Origin: an uncultured Bacilli bacterium
Lineage (GTDB): Bacteria; Bacillota_I; Bacilli_A; RFN20; CAG-826
Direction: 5' to 3'
Assembly (NCBI GenBank): GCA_944363565.1
Contig: CALVUI010000001.1
Span: 494,350-558,349 of the forward strand
DNA: 64,000 nucleotides
Positions 1 through 9,661 of this stretch are shown here, piece after piece. Every line of letters begins with the position of its first letter. Within the stretch, counting starts at the first letter, position 1. Made by a program: the position numbers and the translations under genes. Below the pieces are notes generated by a model. The model saw only the letters and a program-made list of their open reading frames with translations. It did not search any database and had not been told where the DNA came from.

Positions 1-15
1 TGCTGCCTGGGATAC

Positions 16-48
16 AAAACCCCACGTCAGTACAGGACCGACATGGGG
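16..48 (-). terminator. Putative intrinsic terminator downstream of the large lipoprotein gene
   Basis: GC-rich stem 20-28/40-48 (8 of 9 pairs). On the minus strand it is followed by a U-run (plus-strand AAAA 16-19). It lies ~75 nt after the stop at 123. Confidence 0.5.
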
Positions 49-122
49 TATTGAGGCTTTTTATGGATTGTCTACTTTTTGTGGACTACTCCACCGGGGG
101 CGGCTCCAAGGCATTCCTGTGT

Positions 123-3100
123 TTAGTAGGTAACGCTATGGATGGTGATGCTTCCGGCTAGGCCGCTGCTCTTGCAGAACCAGGTGCACTGCTTGAGCTT
201 GCTGCGGTTTTCTTCCTTGATGGCCTCGCCGTAATCAAGGACGAAGGTGTCCTTTCCGCCGGTGGCGACGACGTCCTTTTCATAGGAGTAGCCGCCGCCT
301 TCGATCTTGAAGAGGTAGACGTGGTCCTTGGTCCCGGTGAATTCGAAGGTGATGGTCGGATTCTTGGGATCGACTTCGTGGTCGAAGACGTATTGGGCGT
401 TGACGCTCCACCAGTCAGTGGGGGTTTCGGCATAGTTGATGATGGTATCGGTTCCGGATTCGGAGATGTCGCAACCGAAGTCCCACCACCTGGTGTCGTA
501 GCAGTCGGCCATGTCCTCGAACATCTCGTAGCCGTGGATGGTCAAGGTCCCGGATTGTTCGGGCTGGGTGCAGAAGGCCAGGATGGTGCAGAGTTCCTGC
601 TTCTGGGTATCCCTCATGTTCCGCATGTCGATGATGGCGCTTTGCCTTTCCCCGGTGGCCACGATGTTGGTCGAAGCCTGGACCGAGGGGCTCATGCCCT
701 CGAACTTGAACTGGTAGGCGTGGCCCTTGGTCCCGGTGAACTCGATCTTCAGGGCGTTGATGGTCTCATCGCAGGTGAAGTCGTAGATGCGGGCATTGGC
801 CTCCGACCAGGAAGCGGGGATGTTTTCGTAGGTGATGACATTGTCGGTCCCGCTTTGGGTGACTTCCATGCCGTATCCTTCCCAAACCGGGTTTTCCGGC
901 TGCGGGATGAGGGTGAGGGAGAGGTTGCGGATTTCGATTGTGCAGGGACCGATGTTCCCGGTTTCTTCCTTGCCCAGTTGGATGGAGGTCTTGTAGAAGC
1001 TGCCCTTGGTAAGGCGGACTTCCTTTTCGACGTGGTTGGTGCCGGCTTCGATTTCATAGCCGTGCTGGGTGTCGTTGTCAAGCTTGATGGTGCCGGCCTT
1101 GTCGCTGACGATGTCGTAGCTGAGCTTATAGAGGCCGAAGGTATCGACCTTGAGGCTCTTGAACCAGATCTGGGTGGCGTACCAGGGGACGTTTTCCTCT
1201 TGCTTTTGGTCGGTCGTGACCTTGAAGCCGTTTTTGTCGATGACTTCGGTCTTGACGTTGACACTGGCATCGTTCCAGACGATGACGCTGGAAGGATCGT
1301 CGAGCTGGCTTTCCTCGCCGTTAATGACCCGTTCGATGCAGAAGCCGTTACTACCGACCAGAGGTTCGCGGACGTTGTAGTAGGCGGTGAAGTCGCTCTT
1401 GTTGCCGGCCTTGTCGACAGCTTCCCAGACGGCGTAGTACTCCCCGGCCTGGGTAAGCGTCCCTTCCGAATCGGTGACCGGGAGGCTGCTCTTTTCCTCG
1501 TTGACCGAGAGGGTGGCGCCACCCCGGAAATCATTGACGTAGACGGTGGAATTGAGGTCGAACTTGTCGCCGACGAAGTAAGTCGGGATGGTATTCAGGC
1601 GGATGTTGGGCTTGATGGCGTCGGGCTTTTCCCCTTCTTCGCCATTGGCGTCGGTGATGACGTACTGGAAGTTGCTGAGCTTCACGGTGGCAGGACCGAC
1701 GTTCACGCCCTTTTGGTAGACGCTGGGATGGGCCCCGAAGATGATGGCCATCTCGCCGTAGTTGTTGTTGAAGTAGTTGCTTTCGATGCCGATGGTGGTC
1801 TTGGTGTTGGGCAAGACGTGGTAGGCTTCGTTGCCATACCCGTAGTTGTAGCCGATCTGGAAGTAGCCCTCGACGCTGCTTTCGATGTCGACGGAAAGCT
1901 GCATCCGGTGGGTGGCTCCGCTTTGGACGCGCGGGCTACGGACGAACACCTGGGTAGCGCTCCAGGGATCGGTTTCGGCGTTTTGCTCCGTGGTGACGGT
2001 CAAAACCCCGTCCTTGAAGCCATAATCGGCCTCGTCGTTTTGGCTATAGACGTAACCGATGCTGGTATCATCGTAGCTAAGGTTGGAGGCATCTCCCCTA
2101 CGGAATTCGGCCAAATTGAAGCCGTTGACGACCGGGATGTTCTTCTCGACGGTAAACTCATAGGTGTCCTTGGCCTCGTTGCCGGCCAAATCCTGGATGG
2201 AGTAGACGACCTTGAAGCTCTTCCCGGCGTTGCTTAGGGCAATGACCCCGTCCCCTTCCAAAACCGGGAGGGTCGATTCTTCCTCGATGACCGAGTAAGA
2301 GAGTTCCTCGCCCTTTTCGTCGATGCCCTTGACGTAATCAAGAGCGTCGAACTTGGCCCCGGTGAAGTGGTATTCCGGACGCTCGACCGAGGCCACCCGC
2401 GGGGCGGTCGTATCGGGGAGTAATTTGTCGACCGGACGCAGGCTCATGTTGTCGAAATAGACGGTCGTCACCTCGCTTTCCCCTCCGTTGGTCATGGCCC
2501 CGAATTCCATGGTCAGGGAAAGGTTGTTGAGGTTGGCCCCGGCCACCGCGGTCGAAGCCTCGAAGCGCCAGCTGTAGGTGGCCTTCTCGGTGGTAATGGG
2601 GAAGAAATAGGTTTCCCCGAAGGCGGCCTTGAACCACGGATCGGCGTCGATGATCTCCCCGATCTGGACGTGCATCGTCCGGGCCTTGAGGGCATAGGCG
2701 TCGAACTTGAATTCGTAGACCTGGCCGTTTATCAGCTGGAGGTCGTTGTAGGAAAGCCGGGGCGAGGCCTGGTTCCAACCGATGGCGGTCATGCTCAGTT
2801 CCATCAGGTGGTTGCCTTCTTGCTCCACCACCGCGAGTTCGGAACCCGAGCCCTCGAAGTCGTCCTTGACCCACTTCCCCACGGTCCCGTCTTCGAAGTC
2901 CCCGTTTTCGATGTACTCGGAGAGGGCCTTGGGGGCCACGACGAGGTTGGCGGTCTTTTCGATGGCCTCTTCCCCTTCGATGGCCAGGCGATAGGTAATC
3001 ACGTAGTCGCCCGCGCTGGTCAGATGCTTTTCCTCGTCCATCGGGACGCTATGGATGACCTCGACGAGATCCGTGACGTCTTCGTTTTTGGTGCCGGTGG

Positions 3101-3335
3101 CCGAAACCTCTTCCATGAAGTCCACCGTATCGCCGACGGTGGCATTGATGGTGGCCCTACCGATTGTGAGGGTCGGGGTGTAATGCGGGGTGGTTTCGGA
3201 GGTTCCCGTGTCCGTTTCTGATGTGGATATCGGCGGTTCGGTGCTCGTTCCGGTGCTGGTCGCGGGGTCGCTAGGACCGCAGGACCCCAGAACGAGGACG
3301 GTGGCCGCCAGTGCAAGGCCTAAAGCTTTTTTCAT
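123..3335 (-). CDS. Large modular surface lipoprotein (Ig-like and carbohydrate-binding-like repeat modules)
   Basis: ORF 123..3443 trimmed to ATG 3333-3335, which is preceded by AAAGGAG. N-terminus MKKALGLALAATVLVLGSCGP is a signal peptide plus lipobox, followed by a Thr/Ser-rich linker. Three Ig-like modules, duplicated central modules, and two C-terminal ~125-aa repeats sharing SGTD..I.Y, FTGTK.H.Y.FK.EG and TIH motifs. Confidence 0.85.
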   Translation of the reverse strand: MKKALGLALAATVLVLGSCGPSDPATSTGTSTEPPISTSETDTGTSETTPHYTPTLTIGRATINATVGDTVDFMEEVSATGTKNEDVTDLVEVIHSVPMDEEKHLTSAGDYVITYRLAIEGEEAIEKTANLVVAPKALSEYIENGDFEDGTVGKWVKDDFEGSGSELAVVEQEGNHLMELSMTAIGWNQASPRLSYNDLQLINGQVYEFKFDAYALKARTMHVQIGEIIDADPWFKAAFGETYFFPITTEKATYSWRFEASTAVAGANLNNLSLTMEFGAMTNGGESEVTTVYFDNMSLRPVDKLLPDTTAPRVASVERPEYHFTGAKFDALDYVKGIDEKGEELSYSVIEEESTLPVLEGDGVIALSNAGKSFKVVYSIQDLAGNEAKDTYEFTVEKNIPVVNGFNLAEFRRGDASNLSYDDTSIGYVYSQNDEADYGFKDGVLTVTTEQNAETDPWSATQVFVRSPRVQSGATHRMQLSVDIESSVEGYFQIGYNYGYGNEAYHVLPNTKTTIGIESNYFNNNYGEMAIIFGAHPSVYQKGVNVGPATVKLSNFQYVITDANGEEGEKPDAIKPNIRLNTIPTYFVGDKFDLNSTVYVNDFRGGATLSVNEEKSSLPVTDSEGTLTQAGEYYAVWEAVDKAGNKSDFTAYYNVREPLVGSNGFCIERVINGEESQLDDPSSVIVWNDASVNVKTEVIDKNGFKVTTDQKQEENVPWYATQIWFKSLKVDTFGLYKLSYDIVSDKAGTIKLDNDTQHGYEIEAGTNHVEKEVRLTKGSFYKTSIQLGKEETGNIGPCTIEIRNLSLTLIPQPENPVWEGYGMEVTQSGTDNVITYENIPASWSEANARIYDFTCDETINALKIEFTGTKGHAYQFKFEGMSPSVQASTNIVATGERQSAIIDMRNMRDTQKQELCTILAFCTQPEQSGTLTIHGYEMFEDMADCYDTRWWDFGCDISESGTDTIINYAETPTDWWSVNAQYVFDHEVDPKNPTITFEFTGTKDHVYLFKIEGGGYSYEKDVVATGGKDTFVLDYGEAIKEENRSKLKQCTWFCKSSGLAGSITIHSVTY

Positions 3336-3521
3336 AAGACTCCTTTCGCTGGCCGGGGGTTTCCCCGTAAATATGAGAAGCCACGAAACCGGTTTCGTCA
3401 AGTAGTTTTTGGAAGCGCTTACACTTCGTTTTGAGATACGCAAGGGTCAGCATTTGCCTATTGTTTGGCAATTTGCCATCACGTGAAATTGTAAAGTTGG
3501 GAAACCGGTATAGCGATAACG

Positions 3522-3549
3522 CGCGGGAGGACGCGGGAAGCACGCGGGA
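3522..3549. repeat. Three phased direct repeats CGCGGGA (spacing 10 and 11 nt) in the intergenic region
   Basis: CGCGGGA occurs at 3522-3528, 3532-3538 and 3543-3549, roughly one helical turn apart. The site is ~190 nt upstream of the lipoprotein start. Confidence 0.5.
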
Positions 3550-3689
3550 AAACAAAGGCCTCCGCACCAAAGCTTGGCCCATGGGAAATGAAGACCACGA
3601 AAAGCGATGGCTTCCCTAGCCCCGGGGGTTTTCCGATTCCGGTGACTGGGACGCTTCAAAACTTACTTGTGCGAATTTGCATCAGTAAG

Positions 3690-4172
3690 TCAAAGGCCCC
3701 TTTTCCTCTCCAGGGCCTGCGCCAACCGCGCGTTGGGGTCGAAGAAGTAGGAAGTGCGTCCGGTTTTTTCTAGAAGCCTTTCGACGACCCATTCCTCGCT
3801 TTGGGTATGGTATCCCGGATAAACGGCAATGAGGGATTTGGGCGGAAAGGCCTTGTATAGAAGAGAAGATGGCATTTCCCTGGTATAGGAAATGTACCGG
3901 GTGATGTATCCGAGCCAATATAGGGCCTCGGGATCGTATTTTTCCTTTCCGTAAGCGGACTTTCCAAACTGCCTATCGAGGGAAGAAAAGACTTCCCGCA
4001 CATCGAGGGAAAATAGGGTGGAGGGCCCCTCGTCCATCTTCCTGGCGAACTCGCTTCTATAGTAGCGGCGCAGGAAAACCGGAGACGAGCATTCCTGCAT
4101 CTTTACCGAAGAAAGGAATATTTCCCCTTGGTACTTGGCCAAAAGGAGGCCCTCGGCGTCGAAGTCCCTCAT
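3690..4172 (-). CDS. Hypothetical protein, translationally coupled partner of the DUF3990-like gene
   Basis: 160-aa ORF with host-like codon usage. Its ATG overlaps the upstream stop (ATGA at 4169-4172). No motif recognised; possibly DUF3791-type. Confidence 0.6.
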   Translation of the reverse strand: MRDFDAEGLLLAKYQGEIFLSSVKMQECSSPVFLRRYYRSEFARKMDEGPSTLFSLDVREVFSSLDRQFGKSAYGKEKYDPEALYWLGYITRYISYTREMPSSLLYKAFPPKSLIAVYPGYHTQSEEWVVERLLEKTGRTSYFFDPNARLAQALERKRGL

Positions 4173-5020
4173 TTGAACACCTCGTCTATATATAGGCCTT
4201 GGCCGCGGAATTCCCTACTCGCCAAACGCAGTTTGGTATCGATGGCGTTTTTCCTCTCGCCGGTGTTCTTCAAGGAATCATCCCTCTCCGAAGCCGGGCA
4301 ATAGAGGCGTTCCCTGAAAGTCAGTTTTTCCAAAGCCCGCCCCGTCTTGAAGACGTATTGGTTTCCTAGCCGCGAGGCCGAAAGGGCGTGGATGGCTTGC
4401 AAATCGGTGATGTTCCCTTCCCCGAAATCCCGCATGATCTGGAACATTCTATTGTCGGCGATGGGGGCGATGATGACGTCCTTCCCTTCGATGGAAGAGA
4501 GGCTTTTTTGAAGCAAGGGGTGAGCTTCGTAGCCACCTATCATCCCCCGGTGGTGGCAGACGATGAGCATCCACTCAAGGCCGGGCCCGATTTCGGCGAT
4601 GTCTAGCCCCCGGAGGTCGGCCTCGTAGAGATAGACCGAGGAATGCTCGTAGGATTCGAGGAAGCAAAGGGCGGAAGCGTAACGCCTAGAACAATAGAAG
4701 CCGCGTCCAAAGTCGCAGTTGGCCCTCGAACCGTCCTCCCTTATTTGCTTTAGCCCGTCCTTGGATCCGTGGAAAAGAAGGATCGACCCATCCCTAAGGC
4801 TTTCTCCGTACATCTCCCCCTTCACCGCGTTGAGGCGCAGGCCACGCCGGTAGATGGCCCCGTAGATCTTTTCGAGGGTATCTTGGCTATATCGGCCCCG
4901 GAAGGAGGAAAGAAGGGTCCTAAGGGAAACTCCGGCCAGGGACGCGAAGGCTTCCTTCCCCATGCCGAGGGCCTCGCAGCAGGCCTCGACGTCTTCTTTT
5001 ACCCGGAACTCATTTTCCAT
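4169..5020 (-). CDS. DUF3990-like protein with N-terminal HTH-like segment (putative toxin-type module)
   Basis: 283-aa ORF. LLFHGSKDG and FGRGFYCS motifs resemble the DUF3990 family as I remember it. The N-terminal ~60 aa look like a helix-turn-helix (LGMGKEAFASLAGVSLRTL). Confidence 0.6.
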   Translation of the reverse strand: MENEFRVKEDVEACCEALGMGKEAFASLAGVSLRTLLSSFRGRYSQDTLEKIYGAIYRRGLRLNAVKGEMYGESLRDGSILLFHGSKDGLKQIREDGSRANCDFGRGFYCSRRYASALCFLESYEHSSVYLYEADLRGLDIAEIGPGLEWMLIVCHHRGMIGGYEAHPLLQKSLSSIEGKDVIIAPIADNRMFQIMRDFGEGNITDLQAIHALSASRLGNQYVFKTGRALEKLTFRERLYCPASERDDSLKNTGERKNAIDTKLRLASREFRGQGLYIDEVFK

Positions 5021-5130
5021 GGGCCCATTATATCCGCTTTTGCCCTTCCCTTGAACTTACTTATGCAATTTTGCACAGGTAAGTTTTGGAGAGGGCGGAA
5101 GAAGGGCCTTGTTTTTTTGGAAAAAAGGGA

Positions 5131-5156
5131 AAAAGAAAACCCGCCCACCGGGCGGG
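5131..5156 (-). terminator. Intrinsic terminator of rpsO
   Basis: Perfect 7-bp GC stem CCCGCCC/GGGCGGG (5140-5146/5150-5156) with a 3-nt loop. On the minus strand it is followed by UUUUCUUUU (plus 5131-5139). It lies 17 nt after the rpsO stop. Confidence 0.8.
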
Positions 5157-5172
5157 TAGATGGCCTTCGTCC

Positions 5173-5442
5173 TTACTTGCGGATGCCAAGGGCTTCGATG
5201 ACCTTGGCGTATTCTTCGCGGTCTTTCGCGGCCAGATAGGCCAAGAGGCTATGGCGTTGGCCGACCAAAGCCAATAGGGCCCGGCGGGCGTTGGCGTCCT
5301 GGCCGTTTTTCTTCAGGTGTTCGGTCAAATCCTTGATGCGTTCGGTAAGGATGGCGATCTGGACGGCGCTGGAACCGGTGTCGGCGGCGCTTTTCCCGAA
5401 CTTCTTGACGAGGGCGCTGGTCTTTTCCTTGCTAAGAGCCAT
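5173..5442 (-). CDS. rpsO: 30S ribosomal protein S15
   Basis: 89-aa protein MALSKEKTSALVKKFGKSAADTGSSAVQIAILTERIKDLTEHLKKN...GQRHSLLAYL, a typical S15 sequence. GGAG RBS upstream. Confidence 0.97.
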   Translation of the reverse strand: MALSKEKTSALVKKFGKSAADTGSSAVQIAILTERIKDLTEHLKKNGQDANARRALLALVGQRHSLLAYLAAKDREEYAKVIEALGIRK

Positions 5443-5705
5443 GGTGGTTTTCTCCTTTCATTTTTGACTGGGCCCGACAAAGGAAGCTCCCGGAGATAGG
5501 GGCGGCCAATGCAGGGCTGCGGGACGTATATTAGAACAAAACACCCAAGGATGGAAGGAAAAGGTCACTTTGCCTAGGCATTGAAAATTTTTTTACGTTT
5601 GCGTAACTTTTGTTCAACGCAATTGTAAAAGCGAAGACCGATTCTAACAAGGCCGCCGAAAAACCTTCGGGCTTCTTAGAAACGGAAAAAGAGGGTATTT
5701 CCTTG

Positions 5706-6797
5706 CTATTTCCCGAAATATGAGGCGATTTCCTTCATGCGGGTGCTTTGGCTTACCTTGAAGGGGCATCGTCTATCGCAATGCCCGCAGGAAACGCATT
5801 CGGAGGCCTTGTGGGAAAGCTTTTCGTAATGGCCTACCGCCAAATTGTCGCCTAGCTCCGCCAAATCGTAATACTTGTTGATGAGGCCGATGTCGAGGCC
5901 CTTGGGACAAGGGAGGCAATGGTCGCAATAGACGCACTCCCCGGTGATTTTGGGGCGGATGCCGGTCAAGATCTTGGAATAGTCATTGTCGCCTTCCAGT
6001 TCGTCTATGAGGGCGTCGATGTCTTCCTGGCCCCGGACCCCGGGCAGGGCGGTCACCACCCCCGGGGTGTCGAGGGCGTACTTGAGACACTGGCCGCGGG
6101 TCAAGGCGACGTGGAAGGGGGAGGCGGAGGCATCTAGGAGCTTCCCGCCCAAAAATGGCTTCATGACCGAGATGGCGGCCCCCATTTCCCTGGCCTTCTG
6201 GTAAAGGGCGGCCCTCTCCCCGCTCGAACCCAGGGCAAACTCGTCCCCTTCCTCGAGGTCATAGGCGGCGTTTACGGAAAACATGAAAAGATCGAAGATC
6301 CCGAGGTCCAAAAGGCGGTTAGCGATTTTCGGGGTATGGGAAGAAAAGCCGAGGTGGCGGGCCTTCCCTTCCCTTTTCAAAGACAGGGCCAGGTCGTAGA
6401 TGCCGCCTTTTAGGACCTTGTCCAGATCTTCCTCATCGTCGATGCAATGCAAAAACAGGAAGTCGGCGTAGTCGGTTTTCAGATCGAGGAATTCGCGTTT
6501 AAGCATGGCCTTGATGGCCTCTAGGTCGCGGCTCCAGCCGTACTCCCCTTCTTCCTCGTAGAGGGCCCCGAGGTGGAGCTGGATCTTGATGTCCTTCCGC
6601 CTTCCCTCCATGGCTTCGCCCAGGGGCTTGAAAACCTTGTATCCCCCGGCGGCCAAATCGACGTAGTTGATGCCCCTATCGAAGGCATGCTCGAAGGTGG
6701 CCCTGATGTCTTGGTAGGAGGCCCGGTAGAGGTAGGCGGTCCCTAGGCCGAGCGCGGATATTTCCTCTCCCCCGTGCGGGAGGCGTCTATAAATCAT
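5706..6797 (-). CDS. Aldo/keto reductase fused to a C-terminal 2x[4Fe-4S] ferredoxin-like domain
   Basis: Start trimmed to ATG 6795-6797 (MIYRRLPHGGEEISALGLGT, the AKR N-terminus). C-terminal CVYCDHCLPCP and CVSCGHCDRRCP cysteine clusters. Confidence 0.85.
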   Translation of the reverse strand: MIYRRLPHGGEEISALGLGTAYLYRASYQDIRATFEHAFDRGINYVDLAAGGYKVFKPLGEAMEGRRKDIKIQLHLGALYEEEGEYGWSRDLEAIKAMLKREFLDLKTDYADFLFLHCIDDEEDLDKVLKGGIYDLALSLKREGKARHLGFSSHTPKIANRLLDLGIFDLFMFSVNAAYDLEEGDEFALGSSGERAALYQKAREMGAAISVMKPFLGGKLLDASASPFHVALTRGQCLKYALDTPGVVTALPGVRGQEDIDALIDELEGDNDYSKILTGIRPKITGECVYCDHCLPCPKGLDIGLINKYYDLAELGDNLAVGHYEKLSHKASECVSCGHCDRRCPFKVSQSTRMKEIASYFGK

Positions 6798-6927
6798 GGG
6801 AAAAGTGTAAGCGCACTGGCCTCCCTTTGATAGTGGCACCTCCAATGGCCATTAGGTAAGCGCTTCCTTCCCCTATGAGATTGAACCTTATGGTTCAAGG
6901 GTTTATCCTTCGACACGGAATTTTCAT

Positions 6928-8769
6928 ATGGATATCAGGAACATCGCCATCATCGCCCACGTCGACCACGGAAAGACCACCCTGGTCAACGCCCTCCTAA
7001 AAAGCAGCAATACCTTCCGCGAAGGCGAGGAGATCGCCGACCGGATCCTCGATAGCAACCCCCTCGAGCACGAACGGGGGATCACGATTTTGGCCAAGGC
7101 CACTTCCATCAACTGGAAGGGGACCAAGATCAACATCGTCGACACCCCGGGGCACGCCGACTTCGGAGGCGAGGTCGAACGGATCATGCACATGGTCGAC
7201 GGGTGCCTCCTTTTGGTCGACGCCTTCGAAGGGGTCATGCCCCAGACCCGCTTCGTCCTCAAGAACGCCCTCGAGAACCACATCACCCCGATCGTCGTCG
7301 TCAACAAGGTCGACCGGCCCAACGCCGATCCCAAGAAGGCGGTCGATGAGGTCTTGAACCTTTTCATCGAACTCGGTGCCCCCGAGGAATTCCTCGACTT
7401 CCCGGTCGTCTATTGCTCGGCCCTAAATGACACCTGCGCCCCCAGTAGCGACTTCCTCGACCAAAGGCCGGGGATGGCCCCGCTTCTGGATATGATGGTG
7501 GAGAAGATCCCCTCCCCCGTCTGCGACCCTACTGCCCCCTTCCAGTGGCAACCTGCCCTTCTCGACTATAGCGATTTCGTCGGCCGGATCGGGATCGGGA
7601 CCGTGAGGAAAGGCTCCGTCAAAGTCGGCGATGCCCTTTGGGACATCCGGAAGGACGGAACTAAGAAATCCTTCAAGGCCATGAAGCTCTATACCTTCCT
7701 CGGCATGAAGCGGATCGAGGTCCAGAAGGTCGAGTGCGGCGACATCTGCGCGGTGGCGGGTCTGGATGACCTTTCGGTCGGCGACACCGTCTGCAAGGAA
7801 GGGGTCGACGATCCCCTTCCGCGCCTCAGGATCGACGAGCCGACCCTCCAGATGGAATTCGGGACCAACTCCTCGCCTTTAAGGGGCAAGGAAGGGAAAT
7901 TCGTGACCGCGCGTCTGATCGAGGAACGCCTCTACCGCGAGGTCCAACGCGATGTATCCCTCCGTTACCAAAGGATCCCCAATACCGAGACCTGGACGGT
8001 TTCGGGCAGGGGCGAACTCCACCTCGGGGTCTTGATCGAGACCATGAGGCGGGAAGGCTATGAGCTCGAGGTCAGCAAGCCCCGGGTCATCATCAAGGAA
8101 ATCGACGGGGTCAAATGCGAACCCTATGAGGACCTCCAGATCGACGTCCCCTCCGAATACGTCGGGACCATCATGGAAATCCTCGGTAGCCGTGGGGCTT
8201 CCCTAAGCGACATGGACGACAATGGGGTCACCGCCCGTTTGGTCTACGTGGTTCCATCCAGGGGTCTACTCGGCTTTGTCTCGAACTTCATGACTTTGAC
8301 CCGTGGTTATGGGATCATCAACCATACCTTCAAGGAATACCGCCCGATGGCCAAGACCGACATCGGAGAAAGGAACATCGGGGTTTTGGTCTCGACCGAC
8401 AAGGGGGACGCCACGCCCTACGCCATCGAAAAGGTCGAGGAGCACGGGACCATGTTCATCGCCCCGGGCGAAACCTGCTACGAGGGGATGATCGTCGGGG
8501 AGCACCGCTACCCCAGCGACCTCGCCGTCAACTGCACGATGCTAAAGCCCCAGACCAACGTCAGGAGTGCCCACGCCGACATGACCGTCGTCCTCAAGGC
8601 GCCTAGACGGATGACCCTCGAACAGTGCCTTGACTACATCAACCCCGACGAATTGGTGGAAGTGACGCCGGGCGCCATCAGGATGCGGAAACGTATCCTC
8701 GACACTAGCGAACGGAAAAAGTACGACGCCAAACGGAAGAAGGAAAAGGAAGAGGCCCTCAGAGGCTAA
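6928..8769 (+). CDS. typA: Translational GTPase TypA/BipA
   Basis: 613 aa. G1 [10 protein letters not shown]3 DTPGHADF, G4 NKVD, and EF-G-like domain order typical of BipA. Confidence 0.95.
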   Translation: MDIRNIAIIAHVDHGKTTLVNALLKSSNTFREGEEIADRILDSNPLEHERGITILAKATSINWKGTKINIVDTPGHADFGGEVERIMHMVDGCLLLVDAFEGVMPQTRFVLKNALENHITPIVVVNKVDRPNADPKKAVDEVLNLFIELGAPEEFLDFPVVYCSALNDTCAPSSDFLDQRPGMAPLLDMMVEKIPSPVCDPTAPFQWQPALLDYSDFVGRIGIGTVRKGSVKVGDALWDIRKDGTKKSFKAMKLYTFLGMKRIEVQKVECGDICAVAGLDDLSVGDTVCKEGVDDPLPRLRIDEPTLQMEFGTNSSPLRGKEGKFVTARLIEERLYREVQRDVSLRYQRIPNTETWTVSGRGELHLGVLIETMRREGYELEVSKPRVIIKEIDGVKCEPYEDLQIDVPSEYVGTIMEILGSRGASLSDMDDNGVTARLVYVVPSRGLLGFVSNFMTLTRGYGIINHTFKEYRPMAKTDIGERNIGVLVSTDKGDATPYAIEKVEEHGTMFIAPGETCYEGMIVGEHRYPSDLAVNCTMLKPQTNVRSAHADMTVVLKAPRRMTLEQCLDYINPDELVEVTPGAIRMRKRILDTSERKKYDAKRKKEKEEALRG

Positions 8770-9661
8770 GGAAACGCTCTCTCGTTTCTTCTTCGTCGAG
8801 TTTCAATTGTTTGGAAAGTTCCTCCAACGAGGGGAACTTTTTTTCATCGCGGAGGCGGAAGTAGAAGGCGGTATAGAGGGTCTCTTCGTAGATATCGTCA
8901 TTTTGACCCAGGAGATGGCATTCGACCTTGGGGGCCGTGAGTTTCCCGACCGTCGGGTTCTTCCCGACGTTGACGATGGAGACATAGGGCTTGCCCCTGG
9001 AGTAGCAAAGGGCCCCATAGACCCCTTCCTTCGGGAGGAAGTAAGGGGCCCCTAATTCCATGTTCGCGGTCGGGTAGCCGATCTTATGGCCATTGCCAAA
9101 GCCCTTGGCCACTTTCCCGTTTATCTCATAATGCCTTCCTAGCAGTCGATTGGCCTCTTCGATTTTTCCTTCTGCCAAATCCGATCTGATTAGGGATGAG
9201 CTGACCTTTTGGCCTTCCATTTGGTAGAGGGGCAGGACGCTGGAAGGATATAGGTTGCGTAGTCTCTCTGCGTTCCCCAGCGCTTTATATCCATAGGTAA
9301 AGTCCTCCCCGTAGACCAGACGTTTGGCCTGGAGCTTGAAGAGGACTTCCCGTTCGTAGTCTTCGGCCTCCATCTTCAAGAAATTTTCATCAAAGGATAG
9401 GAGGTAGACGGCCGCGGACCCGTAACTCGATAGAAGGCGGATCTGGTCTTCCGTCGACGTCAAAACTTCCCTTCTTTTTTCGAGGAAATAATCGGGAAAG
9501 GGATCAAAGAGGAGAGCCCCGAACTCCCCTTCCTTTTGGGCTTCTAAAAAGATCCTCCTATGGCCTAGATGCATCCCGTCGAAGGAACCTAAACAGATCG
9601 AAATCGGAAAGGAAGGACGGGGGAAACTGGGATCATTGGCCTTGATTTTATAGATCTCCAT
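8759..9661 (-). CDS. ribF: Bifunctional riboflavin kinase / FAD synthetase
   Basis: Start trimmed to ATG 9659-9661, which overlaps the truB stop (ATGA). Motifs GSFDGMHLGH, PTANM and the C-terminal riboflavin kinase region. Confidence 0.9.
   Translation of the reverse strand: MEIYKIKANDPSFPRPSFPISICLGSFDGMHLGHRRIFLEAQKEGEFGALLFDPFPDYFLEKRREVLTSTEDQIRLLSSYGSAAVYLLSFDENFLKMEAEDYEREVLFKLQAKRLVYGEDFTYGYKALGNAERLRNLYPSSVLPLYQMEGQKVSSSLIRSDLAEGKIEEANRLLGRHYEINGKVAKGFGNGHKIGYPTANMELGAPYFLPKEGVYGALCYSRGKPYVSIVNVGKNPTVGKLTAPKVECHLLGQNDDIYEETLYTAFYFRLRDEKKFPSLEELSKQLKLDEEETRERFLSL

Noticed and set aside
321-2237. 638-aa plus-strand ORF (and other ORFs at 158..3405) overlapping the large lipoprotein gene
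   Set aside because: The Gly/Asp/Val/Glu-rich composition is typical of the antisense of GC3-rich genes. There is no RBS. The minus-strand frame has a signal peptide, a lipobox and repeat-domain logic.
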